DNA of 61,657 bases, filler included, from Sphacelaria rigidula (lineage: Eukaryota), in the NCBI GenBank assembly GCA_964200075.2. It is 11 parts of 11 records of this genome, joined end to end, with 100 filler letters (N's around TTAATTAATTAA, not from the genome) between each part and the next. Parts side by side here need not be neighbours in the genome. Positions count along the whole stretch, not along the records: positions 33,689 to 39,202 come from CAXNAA020026708.1; positions 39,303 to 44,816 come from CAXNAA020026709.1; positions 44,917 to 50,430 come from CAXNAA020026710.1; 8 more parts are not named here. The stretch is one strand, 5' to 3'. A model generated the notes under the pieces. That model did no database searches. It saw nothing but the letters and a program-made list of their open reading frames with translations, and had not been told where the DNA came from. Position numbers and translations under genes: made by a program. This document shows, piece after piece, positions 35,512 to 46,745 of the stretch (position 1 is its first letter; each line of letters opens with the position of its first letter).

Positions 35512-38280
35512 TCATAGAACGATTTCACCCTCCTCCGCTTCGTCTTCCTCGTCCTCCTCTTTTTCCTCGTCCTCCTCGTCCTCCTCTTGTGAATCATCTC
35601 CACCGTAGTCCTGCACCTCTCGACCGTCAATCGACTCCTCTTCCTCAGATATACCCCCTTCTTCCCCCTCAGGCGCCGTACCTTCCTGTCGGGCGGTCGG
35701 CTGCCATGACGCCCTACTATTCCACTGTTGCTGATGATGACCTGAGCTTGCATTCATCGCCGCAGCCATCACCGCACCACCACTACCTCCGGGGTACGCA
35801 GAATTGCCCGCAACGTGCGTCAGGGGGTACCCCAAAACCGCAGATACTTGTTGCGGTGCTCCAGTACCACTGCCTACAAACGCGTTATGCACGTCGGCGC
35901 CACCAGTCCCTCTTCCCACGCCGTTTCCACTCCAGTCCCAAGCCCCACCGCCCACCGCCCCTCTATCAACACCACCGCCACTCGTGACACCACCACCTCC
36001 ACTCCACGCCGCAACATTACTACTATCATTACTACTAGCCCCGCCCACGCCACCAGCGCCGTTCTCAGCTTCATCGCCCGCAGACGGGGAATCTATTCGT
36101 GGTCGCTTCGTGTTGCGACCATCGGGCGACGAAGCCCTTCCCTCCTTTTGTTTCCCAGTTGCCCCATCGTGGCCGCTCCCTGTGACGAAGCCACCACCAC
36201 ACACTCCGAGCGCCTCGCCGGTGCTACCCGCCGCCACTGCGCCCCCGCCGCCAGCCCCCTCAGACAGCGGGGTGTCACCCTGAATCCCTTCCTTTGCAGC
36301 GCTGTGAGCCATGGCCTTGGCTTTTCTGGGGTCGCGCGGGCGAGACTTCGGCCGTGGAGGAGAAGCAGTGCCGGTAACAGCACCAGCAACAGCAACTCCC
36401 ACAGCTGTAGACTGCGAGGGTATGTTGGATGGTGGAGGCGGCGGCGGTGGGGGAAGGGTTAGAGCCATTGGTATTACAGGCACCGCCACACTCCCGCCGG
36501 AAATAGCAACAGCACCTGTAACATTGCCACTTACGCTCATGGCAGAAGGTGGAGACGAGGGTGGCACAGGTAGTGCTCCGATAGTTACGGAGGGTTGAGG
36601 AGCGAGACCGGATGTCGCTGGGGGTGCCAGCGGGGCCGACAGGAGGCGGGGCGGCGGGGGCGGCGGAACAGTGCTGCTACTCGGCTGCGCATCCCCAGGC
36701 AAGTTTGATGGCGAAGATGATGATACCATTAATGGTCTTGGGCCCGGCGGGGGGCGGGGCGGCGGAGGCGGCGGAGGGTTTGGTGAAACACTATTGCTCG
36801 CCGACTGTGCCTTACCAGCGTTTGGTGCCACCGAAGGCGATGATGCCGTCGCAACTGGCGGTTTCGAACCGCGTGGGTACGGTGGTGGTCGCGGCCGCCT
36901 AGGGTCCGACGGACGCTTAGACGCACCGGGAGCGATTGTTGGATTAACCTTGCTGAGAGGTGGAGGCGGCGAAGAGCTCCCGGTTGACGATGAAAGCATG
37001 GATCTCGGAGGCGGTGGAGGTGGGTTTGGAGTGGTGGTGTAAATCACGTGTGGTGGTGATGCTGGAGATTGTCCCAATAGAGCACCTCCTGCGCCTACTG
37101 TTGCGGAGGGAGAAGTACTCAATTGATGCGGCGGCGGAAGCACTGACTGCAATGCCGTGGAAACTCCCATCGATGGTACGGAAGTAGATACCGTTGTTGA
37201 CATGGATACCGTGGCATTTGTCAGTGCGGCCGCCGTTGATAGCAGCAGGTGCGGTGGAGGCGGTGGAGGTGGCGGTGGCAGCGCTAGCGCTCGGGGTGGC
37301 GATGAACGCACCGCCTGCGTGGAGCTTGGGTTCGCTTGCGCAAACGTCGCCACAGACACAGCACCAGCAGGTGGGCCTGCTGGGCTTGCCGCGGAGACAC
37401 CTGCTGCCCCAGAGGCCGCTGCCGACATGTGTAGTACTGTTCCCCCTACCGGCGTCGGTGCCGCTGACCCGATCACTGTAAACGCAGTCGGCGTAGCTGA
37501 CGCCGGCGATGCAGCCGGTGTAACAGAGAGTAACACTGGGGCATCCTGCGGGGGCGGTCCCTGCGGCTTCGGTGGCCGTTTTGTTACTGGATCCCGACCA
37601 GCACCCTCGACCGTCTCCATCCCCATCGCCGCTCCATTGCCCAAGCCCCCCAGAACCCCATCCCCTCTACTCTCCCCTCTACCCACCCCCGCAACCACGG
37701 GCCGCAATGGAAGCATGAACCCCTGCGGCGAGGGCGGCGCGTCTCTGACTCCTATCGGAACCCCACCGGCACCCGCGCCCGCGCTCGAGTCAACGGACAT
37801 TTTCTCGGGGATTTTCCCTTCTCCTTCGTTGCCCACTGCACCCCCATGCCCCCCCGCATCGGCCGCCACTGCCTCGACTCCTCCGCCTCCGGCCGCACCA
37901 CCTCCAGACGCGCTGCCGTCCGTCGGTGTTGGTGGCAGCGCCAACGGCGACGACGCTCGGACACCGCCAACCGGGCGCAGCTGTAGGAGATCACACCGAG
38001 GGTCTGCAACCTTAACCATGCCCCCGCGGCCTTTGGCTAGGTCGACCAGCTCCGACCACTTCGGGTTTACTGCGAGAGCCTTGGACGAACCGATGACGAA
38101 CAATCCGTGTCGCGCACGAGTGAGGGCGACGTTCATGCGCCGGACGTCGGCAAGGAAACCGATCCCACGAGAGCCTGCGGCGCGCACGGTAGACACGATA
38201 ATCACGTCCTTCTCCCGACCCTGGAAAGCATCCACCGTGCTCACTTCCACTTCTTCCTGCCAGGATGGTCCCAAAGCATC
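35512..38280 (-). CDS. Sen1/senataxin-Upf1-family SF1 helicase, terminal exon (AAA_12 end plus ~830-aa Pro/Gly/Ser-rich tail)
   Basis: Acceptor CCCTAG|GAT. Helicase motifs V-VI: STVDAFQGREKDVIIVSTVRA...GIGFLADVRRMNVALTRARHGLFVIG. The ORF is open for 920 codons to a stop. Confidence 0.93.
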   Translation of the reverse strand, partial: DALGPSWQEEVEVSTVDAFQGREKDVIIVSTVRAAGSRGIGFLADVRRMNVALTRARHGLFVIGSSKALAVNPKWSELVDLAKGRGGMVKVADPRCDLLQLRPVGGVRASSPLALPPTPTDGSASGGGAAGGGGVEAVAADAGGHGGAVGNEGEGKIPEKMSVDSSAGAGAGGVPIGVRDAPPSPQGFMLPLRPVVAGVGRGESRGDGVLGGLGNGAAMGMETVEGAGRDPVTKRPPKPQGPPPQDAPVLLSVTPAASPASATPTAFTVIGSAAPTPVGGTVLHMSAAASGAAGVSAASPAGPPAGAVSVATFAQANPSSTQAVRSSPPRALALPPPPPPPPPHLLLSTAAALTNATVSMSTTVSTSVPSMGVSTALQSVLPPPHQLSTSPSATVGAGGALLGQSPASPPHVIYTTTPNPPPPPPRSMLSSSTGSSSPPPPLSKVNPTIAPGASKRPSDPRRPRPPPYPRGSKPPVATASSPSVAPNAGKAQSASNSVSPNPPPPPPPRPPPGPRPLMVSSSSPSNLPGDAQPSSSTVPPPPPPRLLSAPLAPPATSGLAPQPSVTIGALPVPPSSPPSAMSVSGNVTGAVAISGGSVAVPVIPMALTLPPPPPPPPSNIPSQSTAVGVAVAGAVTGTASPPRPKSRPRDPRKAKAMAHSAAKEGIQGDTPLSEGAGGGGAVAAGSTGEALGVCGGGFVTGSGHDGATGKQKEGRASSPDGRNTKRPRIDSPSAGDEAENGAGGVGGASSNDSSNVAAWSGGGGVTSGGGVDRGAVGGGAWDWSGNGVGRGTGGADVHNAFVGSGTGAPQQVSAVLGYPLTHVAGNSAYPGGSGGAVMAAAMNASSGHHQQQWNSRASWQPTARQEGTAPEGEEGGISEEEESIDGREVQDYGGDDSQEEDEEDEEKEEDEEDEAEEGEIVL

Positions 38281-38749
38281 CTAGGGGCAACCAGAGAGTC
38301 CCGTCGGGGTAGATGCGGAGGGGGGCGGGAGGGCAGTGTTTTGTTTCGATCATGATGTAGTACTGGCAGGGCGTGTTGGTCATAACAGCGATGGGGGGGG
38401 TACTCATTTGGGGTGGGTTAAGGTAAGGGGCACACGTGCCCGTGCGCCGGCAGCGCAGAGAATCAGCGGAACACACGGCGCACGAGCCTCTCGCAGATAT
38501 TCAAGGCCTTCCTTCCATGTGCAAGTGCTTTGGGGGGGGTGCTATATTTTTGACACAAACTAGAAAACACCCCAAGCGAAAACATGGTGCAAAGTTTGGT
38601 TGTATACAACTGCGACTGTGAGCCCTGACGATAATCCAACACGCAGAATTTTCCGGGAGACCGGTTCTTCTTGAACCAGGCGCAATCTCGAACAGGTCCG
38701 AACATCCCAATAGGCGACACTGACTCAAACATGTCACACCTAAGAACTA

Positions 38750-39115
38750 GGCCAGCCGTAAAATGTCACATACCCCGGGCACACAACAACCTCTTTCAGT
38801 TTTCCGAGTCAGCCCGATCTAGCTATATATCGCTGTGAATTGTAGACCGACCTGGTCGTGCACGGCCCCGCCGCCGTTGGATTGGCGCAGTTTTGGTGAT
38901 GATGTTATTGTACTGCATTTGAGTACCGGTTGCCTCTCAATTTGTGACGTGATAACTTGTTCTGAATCTTTTACATATGTACTACGCGGCGGAATTACGT
39001 TGGCTAATTACACCGAACCGGCATACAGGCATATGACAATTTCGACACGCAGAGTCAACGAGTGCACTGGTGATGCTGCAAAATGGCATCGAGCTTGTCA
39101 GCACCCTCATCATGG
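38750..39115 (+). repeat. Dispersed ~350-bp repeat, second copy at ~53047-53390
   Basis: Colinear similarity, e.g. ACGCGGCGGAATTACGT and TTCGACACGCA in both copies. Confidence 0.75.
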
Positions 39116-39302
39116 GGGGGGGGGGGGGGGGGGGGGCCGCAAGGAAAGCCATAACCAAAAAGGGGGCGCGACACCCCAAACACGCAGCGGAGTCAATCGT
39201 TTNNNNNNNNNNNNNNNNNNNNNNNNNNNNNNNNNNNNNNNNNNNNTTAATTAATTAANNNNNNNNNNNNNNNNNNNNNNNNNNNNNNNNNNNNNNNNNN
39301 NN

Positions 39303-39936
39303 ATACCTACCGTACCGGCCCAATCCGGTATTTTGAAATGTCATACCTACGATACCTACGCATACCACGGTATCGGATACCCCGGTAAATACCGGGGGTA
39401 CGCTTGGTACGGTACCTTACCTACGGTGCCTGTGAAATCTTCGACTGCCCAACTTTCACCCAGATCTGAAACGCTTCGCACTGCCAGATGAGAGTTTTGA
39501 ATTCGGTATAGAGGGTAAGGCAGGTACCCGGTACCGGTATTTGGGACATCTCATATCCTACCGATACTGACCCAATCCGGTATTTTCGAAGCTCATACCT
39601 ACAATACCTACGCAGACCACGGTATTTCGAGATTTCAATAACTACCGTACTAGCCAACTCCGGTATTTTCAAATCTCATACCTACGATACCTGCGATACC
39701 AGGGTATTTCGAGATGTCAATACCTACTGTACCCGCCCAATCCGGTATTTTGAGATGTCATACCTAAGATACCTGCGATACCAGGGTATTTCGAGATGTC
39801 AATACCTACCGTACCCGCCCAATCCGGTATTTCGAAATGTCATACCCACGATACTTAAGCATACCACAGTATGGGATACCCCGGTAAATACCGGGGGTAC
39901 ACTCGGTACGGTACCTCACCTACGGTACCTACGGTG
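39303..39936. repeat. Array of alternating ~40-bp ATACCTAC...GGTATTT units, two blocks each ending in a CCCCGGTAAATACCGGGG hairpin
   Basis: The repeat units are directly visible and resemble DNA-transposon subterminal repeats. There are no unique spacers. Confidence 0.8.
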
Positions 39937-41040
39937 TCTGTGCACTGCACAAAACCCTGAATATGTGAAAACTGGCGTACAGTAGTCAGCATCAGGATTC
40001 TTCCGGTTTGTTTTAGGAATTTCTCACGTACTGCACTTTGATAGAACCCGAAAGTGCTAGCCTCGGTAGCTTTTGGTATAATAAATAGATGGTCCACGAA
40101 ACACAGTGCCAAAGTTGGTGTTACTTGGTTTTATCGTGCGATACGAGTATATACTCCGTTTATCAGGAGGGTGATATTGACCGTGAGACACAGTTTTACG
40201 GCTGTATTGTAGTGCAGTGAGTATGAAGAATTTACAAAAAGCAGTCATTTTATTTTCTTCACAATTACGATCGGAATAGGCTCGATCGATCGAAAATACC
40301 GAAGAGTCAAAATCTGTGCTAAAAAGTGGCAGGGACCCCCATGACCGGTCAGCCCGTAAGTCACTCAATATTGAGTACCGATGATTTTTTTCTTGGAATG
40401 TGGAGCGGATACGAGTATCTTCAGATCCCAAATGTGATGAGCGGTAGCAAACGAAAGAGTCGAAGAAAATCGCCAGCTAGGAAGAAATTACAAAATGAAC
40501 AGTTTGAGACGATAACTACTATACAGATTTCAACCAGCTACACACGACTGGCGAGATGTAGATTTTCGGCAATATATCACGAATCACTCGGTGGCATTCA
40601 TGAGATATTCGAAAGCACACTCGTCCCATCACAAGCAACATGCCAAGCACAGGACATCGAAGACAGCAGCGAGCTCCGCGGAATAACCAGCGCCCGTTTC
40701 GATTCCCGACTCTATTGACACAAGATATGCTACACGACACTTACAGATGGCATAGGTGTGAATATCAGGACCGAAGTGCTGATCCACCCACAGAATCAGC
40801 GCCGAGCAGATGTTTCCAACTCCGGCGTCAAGGACTCAAGGATCCAGTAGATGAGTGGCCTAGCTCTCTAGCCTCCGTAACCGCCCCCACACCCAATAGC
40901 TCACATCAGGTTCATAAGGACATACCCGTTGGTCAAACGGTGTGATGGTTAGCCCCTCGTGATATGTAGTTGCGCCGCGCGGCTGGACTAACCACGCACA
41001 GTCGCGTGAAAAGCTCCGCCGTAGGATTACCGAAGCACGG

Positions 41041-44000
41041 ATGCGAGTACTTTCATTGAGATCGTCGTGTTGGCGAGCACTTCGGCGAGCAACGTGAGCA
41101 AGAGCAGCGAAGCATGCCAACAGAAAAATACGACGATCATCCAATGTTTTTTTCATTCTCACCCTTGTTCGTTTTCTGTTCCGTTACGTGCAACTAGTAC
41201 ACGGGGGAGCAAGTACCACTGTAGTTTCCGGCTGCGACCGTTACACACGACTGGCCTTATGCCACGAGAGAATCCCAACACCACAACCAACAATAGCAAC
41301 AGCAATAGCAACACGACTTCATGATGATATATTTATCCATAGACTAGCTGTAACGTCGCTCCAATCGAAAAAGAAAATGATCTGATGGTGACACGAGTTG
41401 TTCCAAAAAATCTCCGACGTACAGGACTGTTCCCAGCTACGGTTTCGCGAGCGTAACCGATGCCGACCTCGACTTCTTCCGCAGCGTTGTGGGTCCAGAA
41501 GCTGTCAAGACTTCTCCGGATGCCCTCGAAACTTTCAATGTGGATTGGATGGGGAAATACAGAGGCTGTTCTCCGGTAGCGGTGCTCCCAAAAAAAACAG
41601 AGGAAGTGTCCCAACTTCTGAGACATTGCAATGAGAGACGGCTCGCCGTGGTGCCGCAGGGGGGGAATACCGGGCTCGTCGGCGGCAGCGTCCCTGTCGG
41701 CGGAGAGGTGGTGTTGTCGACTTCACGCATGGACAACGTGGTGTCGTTCGACCCGGTCGCAAGCGTCCTAGTGTGTGAGGTATGAATCTAGGGTCAAGTT
41801 CGTGTATTCTTCAAACGAGTGTCAGGAAGACTAACACGGTATACAGGAATCATGGCTATCGTGGCCTCGCTCATGAGCAAACACAACATACAACATTCCA
41901 CCCCACGTGTTTTGACCTGACTTCGATGACGCCTGTTATAGATAATATAGTGTATAAAAACGAAGACATCCCGCGAGGGTTAACGCTTGGCTTGTGCAGT
42001 ATTCTAGTTCAACTTCCAAGCATCGTGTATCGATATTACACATGTTACAGTTCCACGCGATTCTGAGTACTCGCGGTACGTATCCCTGCACAAGGCTGGA
42101 ATCAATACTCGTACATACACGTCGCACCCCTTTGCTGCGGCAGCATGGTAAAATGCTACACTCCGCTACACCGCCGTTTCCTCCGCCACCACCCGCATCG
42201 CTTCACGAAATAAACAGTCCGGGTGCATCCTAGAAAACCTGGATGCATATCTGTCCGAACAGGGCTTCGCCATGCCGATCGATCTAGGCGCCAAGGGTTC
42301 CTGTCAGATCGGGGGGAACATCTCCACCAATGCAGGCGGCCTTCGCCTGCTTCGGTATGGCTCCCTTCACGGCTCGGTACTAGGACTCGAAGTTGTCCTG
42401 GCAGACGGCACAATCCTCGATATGCTTTCTGTCAACCGCAAAGACAACACGGGCTACGCCCTCAAGCACCTCTTTGTGGGGGCCGAGGGTACCCTCGGAG
42501 TCGTGACCCGGTGCTCGCTCGCGGTGCCTCCCAAGCCTTCCAACGTCTGTGTAGTTCTGCTGGCTTGCGCCAACTTTACTGGGGTGGAGCGAGTTCTTGC
42601 CCTTGCGCGCCGACGCCTCGGAGAAGTACTCTCTGCGGCCGAGTTTATGGACAAGGAGTCAGTGGCGCTGACGCTTGAGAAATGCGAGGGTGTCCGGAGC
42701 CCATTTCTTGGTGGTGGTGGTGGAGGTGATGGTGACAGAAACAGAGGGGAGAGTGACGAGAATGGTGGTGATGAGAGTGGCCAACAACACTCTTTTTATG
42801 TCCTTCTTGAGACGTCTGGTAGCGAGGCTAAGCACGACGAAGAGAAGCTCGATGATTTCTTGTGTTCTGCGATGGAGTCGGTGAGTTTATTTTGGGTGTC
42901 GAGTAGGTCGATATCTCTGGTTTTCGGTGCTGAATTTATCGACAATAGTCTACGGAAACTCATTGTAGAAACAAAACAGTCGACTCTTGACGCGTCCGAA
43001 TTTGTTGTGAACAATATGTCTATTCCACGGTTCGTGATTTTTCCATCCTTCGATCGTTTTTTCCTTGCACGGTCGTTGAGCATGGTTGCCATCTGGATTG
43101 CAACGTCATCATGTTGCACACTAAATGCGTGGAAGGTGGATAGTTGCCGCCATTCGCAATACTTGCAAGGCAATTCACAAGCGCGTTGATCATCGTCGCG
43201 TCACCTTGTCATTATGCTTAATGTCAGTGTCCGTTCTCCGAAAAACTGAGTTTCACATCTCTCTTAATCTTCTGCGAGGCCTGAAGTTGACGGGGTACTT
43301 GAATTGTCTGCTTTTTTGTCAAGCAAAAGCACTCCTATTTTTGCCGGGTGCATGCAAACCGACCGTAGATATGATATTGATTCATATTATAGTTCGGCAT
43401 ATTTACCCCAAAGAAGTACAGTCAAGGGTGCTCGCGATACGCGGCGGCTTTATTTTGTGCTGTCATGTCGAGCGCTCAACTACCGACCACAGAGTCTTCT
43501 GGTGTTTCAGAACCCCTTCCTCCTTCTCTCCCACTTGCCCCCCCCCCCCATCTGAATTCAGGGCAGTGTAGTGGATGGTGCAGTCGCCCAAGGTTTGGGA
43601 CAGGTACAGTCGATGTGGTCACTGCGGGAGCATGTCCCGGTAGCCGTATCGCTTACGGGCTACACGTTCAAATACGACGTGTCGGTTCCTGTTCGAGATT
43701 TTCACGTTCTCGCGGATGAAGTTCGGCAACGAGTACTTGGCCTGTGCACACCGGAAGCCGCCGTAGTAGCGTATGGTCACCTTGGGGATGGAAATTTGCA
43801 TTTGAACGTGGCCATTCCTGCAGCGGGAGGAGGTGGTGACAGAGGAAAAGATGGCGGCGAATCGGCGACGGAAGAAAGTCGTGCGAAAGTGTTGGCGATG
43901 TTGGAACCGTTTGTGTTTGAGTTTGTGGTACGTAGGGGGGGTAGTATCAGTGCAGAGCATGGTGTGGGGCAGCACAAGCGGGGTTACTTGGCTATGCAGC

Positions 44001-44098
44001 GCCCCCCGGCTGTGCTAGGAGTGATGAGGGGAGTCAAGGATATGTTGGATCCGCGGGGAATCATGAACCCCTATAAATTGTTGCCAGATGTTGCATAA
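41041..44098 (+). CDS. D2HGDH: D-2-hydroxyglutarate dehydrogenase (FAD-linked oxidase); exons 41041-41093 (tentative), 41425 or 41437-41779, 42218-42880, 43562-44098
   Basis: VVPQGGNTGLVGGSVP, PIDLGAKGSCQIGGNISTNAGG, RYGSLHG, KDNTGY, GHLGDGNLHLN, GGSISAEHGVG, DPRGIMNPYKLL. GT-AG introns in compatible phases. The tentative first exon MRVLSLRSSCWRALRRA resembles a mitochondrial presequence. Confidence 0.95.
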
Positions 44099-44916
44099 AA
44101 GGTGGGAGTTGGTACTTTGGTTTGTACGAGTATATTTTTAGTATAAAGTTTTGTACCAGAAGTTCCTGTATTTTTGGTTACCAATCAAGCCTACAATTGT
44201 AGGCTGCCACATTTCTTCTTGTATCATGGCAGGATAGTCAGCTGACCCATTACTAACGTTCGGAGGTTTACGTGATTTTTTCATCGGCCTCTCGAGAGTA
44301 GCATTTGTTTGTGTGATTGAAAAAAGTCCCTTGGATTCGTGAGATCTAGTATGGCCGTGCTCGGTCAAGAATGTTTGCCGTCCATCTCTCCCTTGCAAGC
44401 AAACTCGACGTTGGCGTATGTACACGGCACCAGTTGCTGGCGTGGTACGGCTGCTTGGCACGAAGAGCCGGCCACTGAACGACTCCAATCACCGGTCGGG
44501 AGGAGCATACTGCATGAAGCCCCAGGCGGAACCTCTTGCTCAGACGCAGGGTCATGTTCAATGTAATAATGCACTTAGATCTGTGCGAATCGCTGTATTT
44601 TTAATGTTTCACGGTAAGGTCATAATACGACTTTTTTTTTTTCACAAGAGAGGGAAAAAGGGCAAAGTGGCGACCATTTTTTTTTTATTGGCGAACAGAA
44701 AACGCCGCAGGAATCTGTTTGGTCGAGAATGTTTTGTCTCCTTTTTGATTCTTAGATATTCGGTTGGCGGTATTTGGGGCCTTGAGTCTCGCCCGTAGTC
44801 GGACCCTGTGTTCATGNNNNNNNNNNNNNNNNNNNNNNNNNNNNNNNNNNNNNNNNNNNNTTAATTAATTAANNNNNNNNNNNNNNNNNNNNNNNNNNNN
44901 NNNNNNNNNNNNNNNN

Positions 44917-45570
44917 CGAAACCTTGGAGCCAAGCGAATCTGAAAAGTGGGCTAGGCTCCTCTCTGTGGGGTGATGCAATGTGTCCACGACGTCCGTTGG
45001 CGATGTTCCCTGTTTGGGGATCAAAAAGTGGCTCAAACGCCATAAAAGTGAAAAATCTGTGTGCCATAAAACATCCGGCCTAAGGCCGGATGTTATGGCA
45101 AACTGATTTCTGGCCCACGGATTGTTCGCCTTCATGATGTTTGACCCACCTTTTGACCCCCGAGCCGAGAAATCCGCCAACACACGTCTCGGACACTTTG
45201 CATCACCCCACAGAAAGGAGCCTCATCTACTTTTCAGATTCGCTTGGCTCCAAGGCTCGAAATCGGCCGCGGAACGTTGGCCAAACTGGCGGGGGTCGGC
45301 AGGCACAGACTTTTACGCGCAAATTCTCGTTCTGCGGCCGATTTTGAACCCCGGTTCCAGGCGAATCTGAAGTAGACGAGAAGTGTCTTCGATGTGTGTT
45401 GGCGGTTTTCTCGGCTTGGGGGTCAAAAGGTGGGTCAAACGTCATAAAAGTGAACAATCCGTGGGCCAAAAATCTGTTTGCCATAACATCTGGCCTAAAC
45501 TTGAAAAAACGGCGTGAGGAAATCCCGGGGAATGAATATTGGGCGTTTAATCTGAACCAGGTCGTACAGC
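44917..45570. repeat. Foldback: ~165-bp arms centred on ACATCCGGCCTAAGGCCGGATGT (45071-45093), plus a third copy at ~45360-45500
   Basis: 44917-45080 pairs with 45084-45259 and runs into the module shared with 1330-1400. Confidence 0.8.
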
Positions 45571-46084
45571 ACATATGAGACCGGAAGGGAGTGTGTTTGT
45601 GCTGCAGTACAGACAGTGAAACAGTACATTTCTCATGTTTTAGTCCTTCGGCTGATTTTTAAACGGGTCCTTAGTGTTTGACGGGTGCCGATCTTGAATG
45701 CCCGGCCATAATCGCGCTTCGCGCAAATAGTTGAGTTACTACAAAACCATACCCATGTATGATGAGTCCTCCGGTGCCTAGGTTTGACCGTTTTCTCGGA
45801 CAAAAATGCAAGCTTGGTCAAAAACAGTCTGCGGCCGCCGGACAACGCGAAGATATCTGGGAACCATCTCAGGGAGTAGAGGAAGTTATTCCAATATGCC
45901 ACCCTTAGCCGCTAGCTCTCTTTTAGGGCGTGAAGAAGGACCAAAGCAGCATTGTGACGGGGCTGTTTCTTTGTTCGCTGAGGGCGTATCTTTCAAAGTT
46001 TTTTTTATCGATCGAAAAAAATGGGGCGGTGGAATCGAGTTGGGTCCACGCGAATTCGCAACCTTCCGACCTGAAAAAAGGCAG

Positions 46085-46745
46085 TGAAATTCGTGAAACT
46101 GTACATGGTCACTCGTGTGCAGTGCAGTGTGTACTGTCAGCACTGCTTCAAAGCAGTATCTTGAGAGCGTGTGTGCGTGTTTCGCACAGGGGGATGCAAA
46201 AGAGAAGTGGGCAACGTGCAGCGCAGACAGCCCATGCACGACTATCAGTTCTCTCTGCTCACAATGCGACGTGAAATGGACTTCAGCAAAGGTGCAGCTT
46301 TGTACTGCCTGCACTGTCCATAAGCGTGCACGCAACTCGGTTGCCCACCGTACCACGTAGTTCCGTCGCTAATTCTTACCATGAAAGAAGATGCCAAGTT
46401 TTCGCCAACGAAAAACAACAAAGCATGCCAAGCTACTGCAGTTTATCTATCCCTGGGCTCAAGTCGTGCCCTATGCCGTGTGTGTTGCGATGGTAGCTGA
46501 GAATGAGTTGGATGGAGTTTGCATCATCCTGTGAACAGGTGTTTTCTGACTTGGTCTGTAAGATAGGAGTCAAGTGCCGCTTCGTGCCTTCCGACCGCAT
46601 GTTTCTGATCGAAAAGGTTCATGTTTATTGGCCAAGAGTTTCGCGCACGCCACTCATTATAATTTTGGGTTGAAGCCTTCAAGGAACATAAATGCGGTGA
46701 ATCCATTAGATCGGCAAAAAAAACGACGGGACTGTTTCGATCGAA
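46085..46745 (+). repeat. ~650-bp direct repeat, copy at ~49305-49950
   Basis: Shared GGTAGCTGAGAATGAGTTGGATGGAG, CTGTAAGATAGGAG and GAACATAAATG in the same order. 45585-45715 also resembles 48270-48400. Confidence 0.85.

Noticed and set aside
37157..38284. 375-aa plus-strand ORF
   Set aside because: It is an antisense shadow of the GC-rich helicase exon with no motifs of its own.
39303..39936. CRISPR-like array
   Set aside because: Units are degenerate and contiguous with no unique spacers; there are no cas genes and the context is eukaryotic.
40600..41162. Minus-strand ORF 40860..41162 as a transposase fragment
   Set aside because: No DDE motif, and it overlaps the likely D2HGDH first exon in antisense.
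11972..44098. Functional cluster of myosin, sacsin, helicase and D2HGDH
   Set aside because: Each gene is on a different, unlinked contig.
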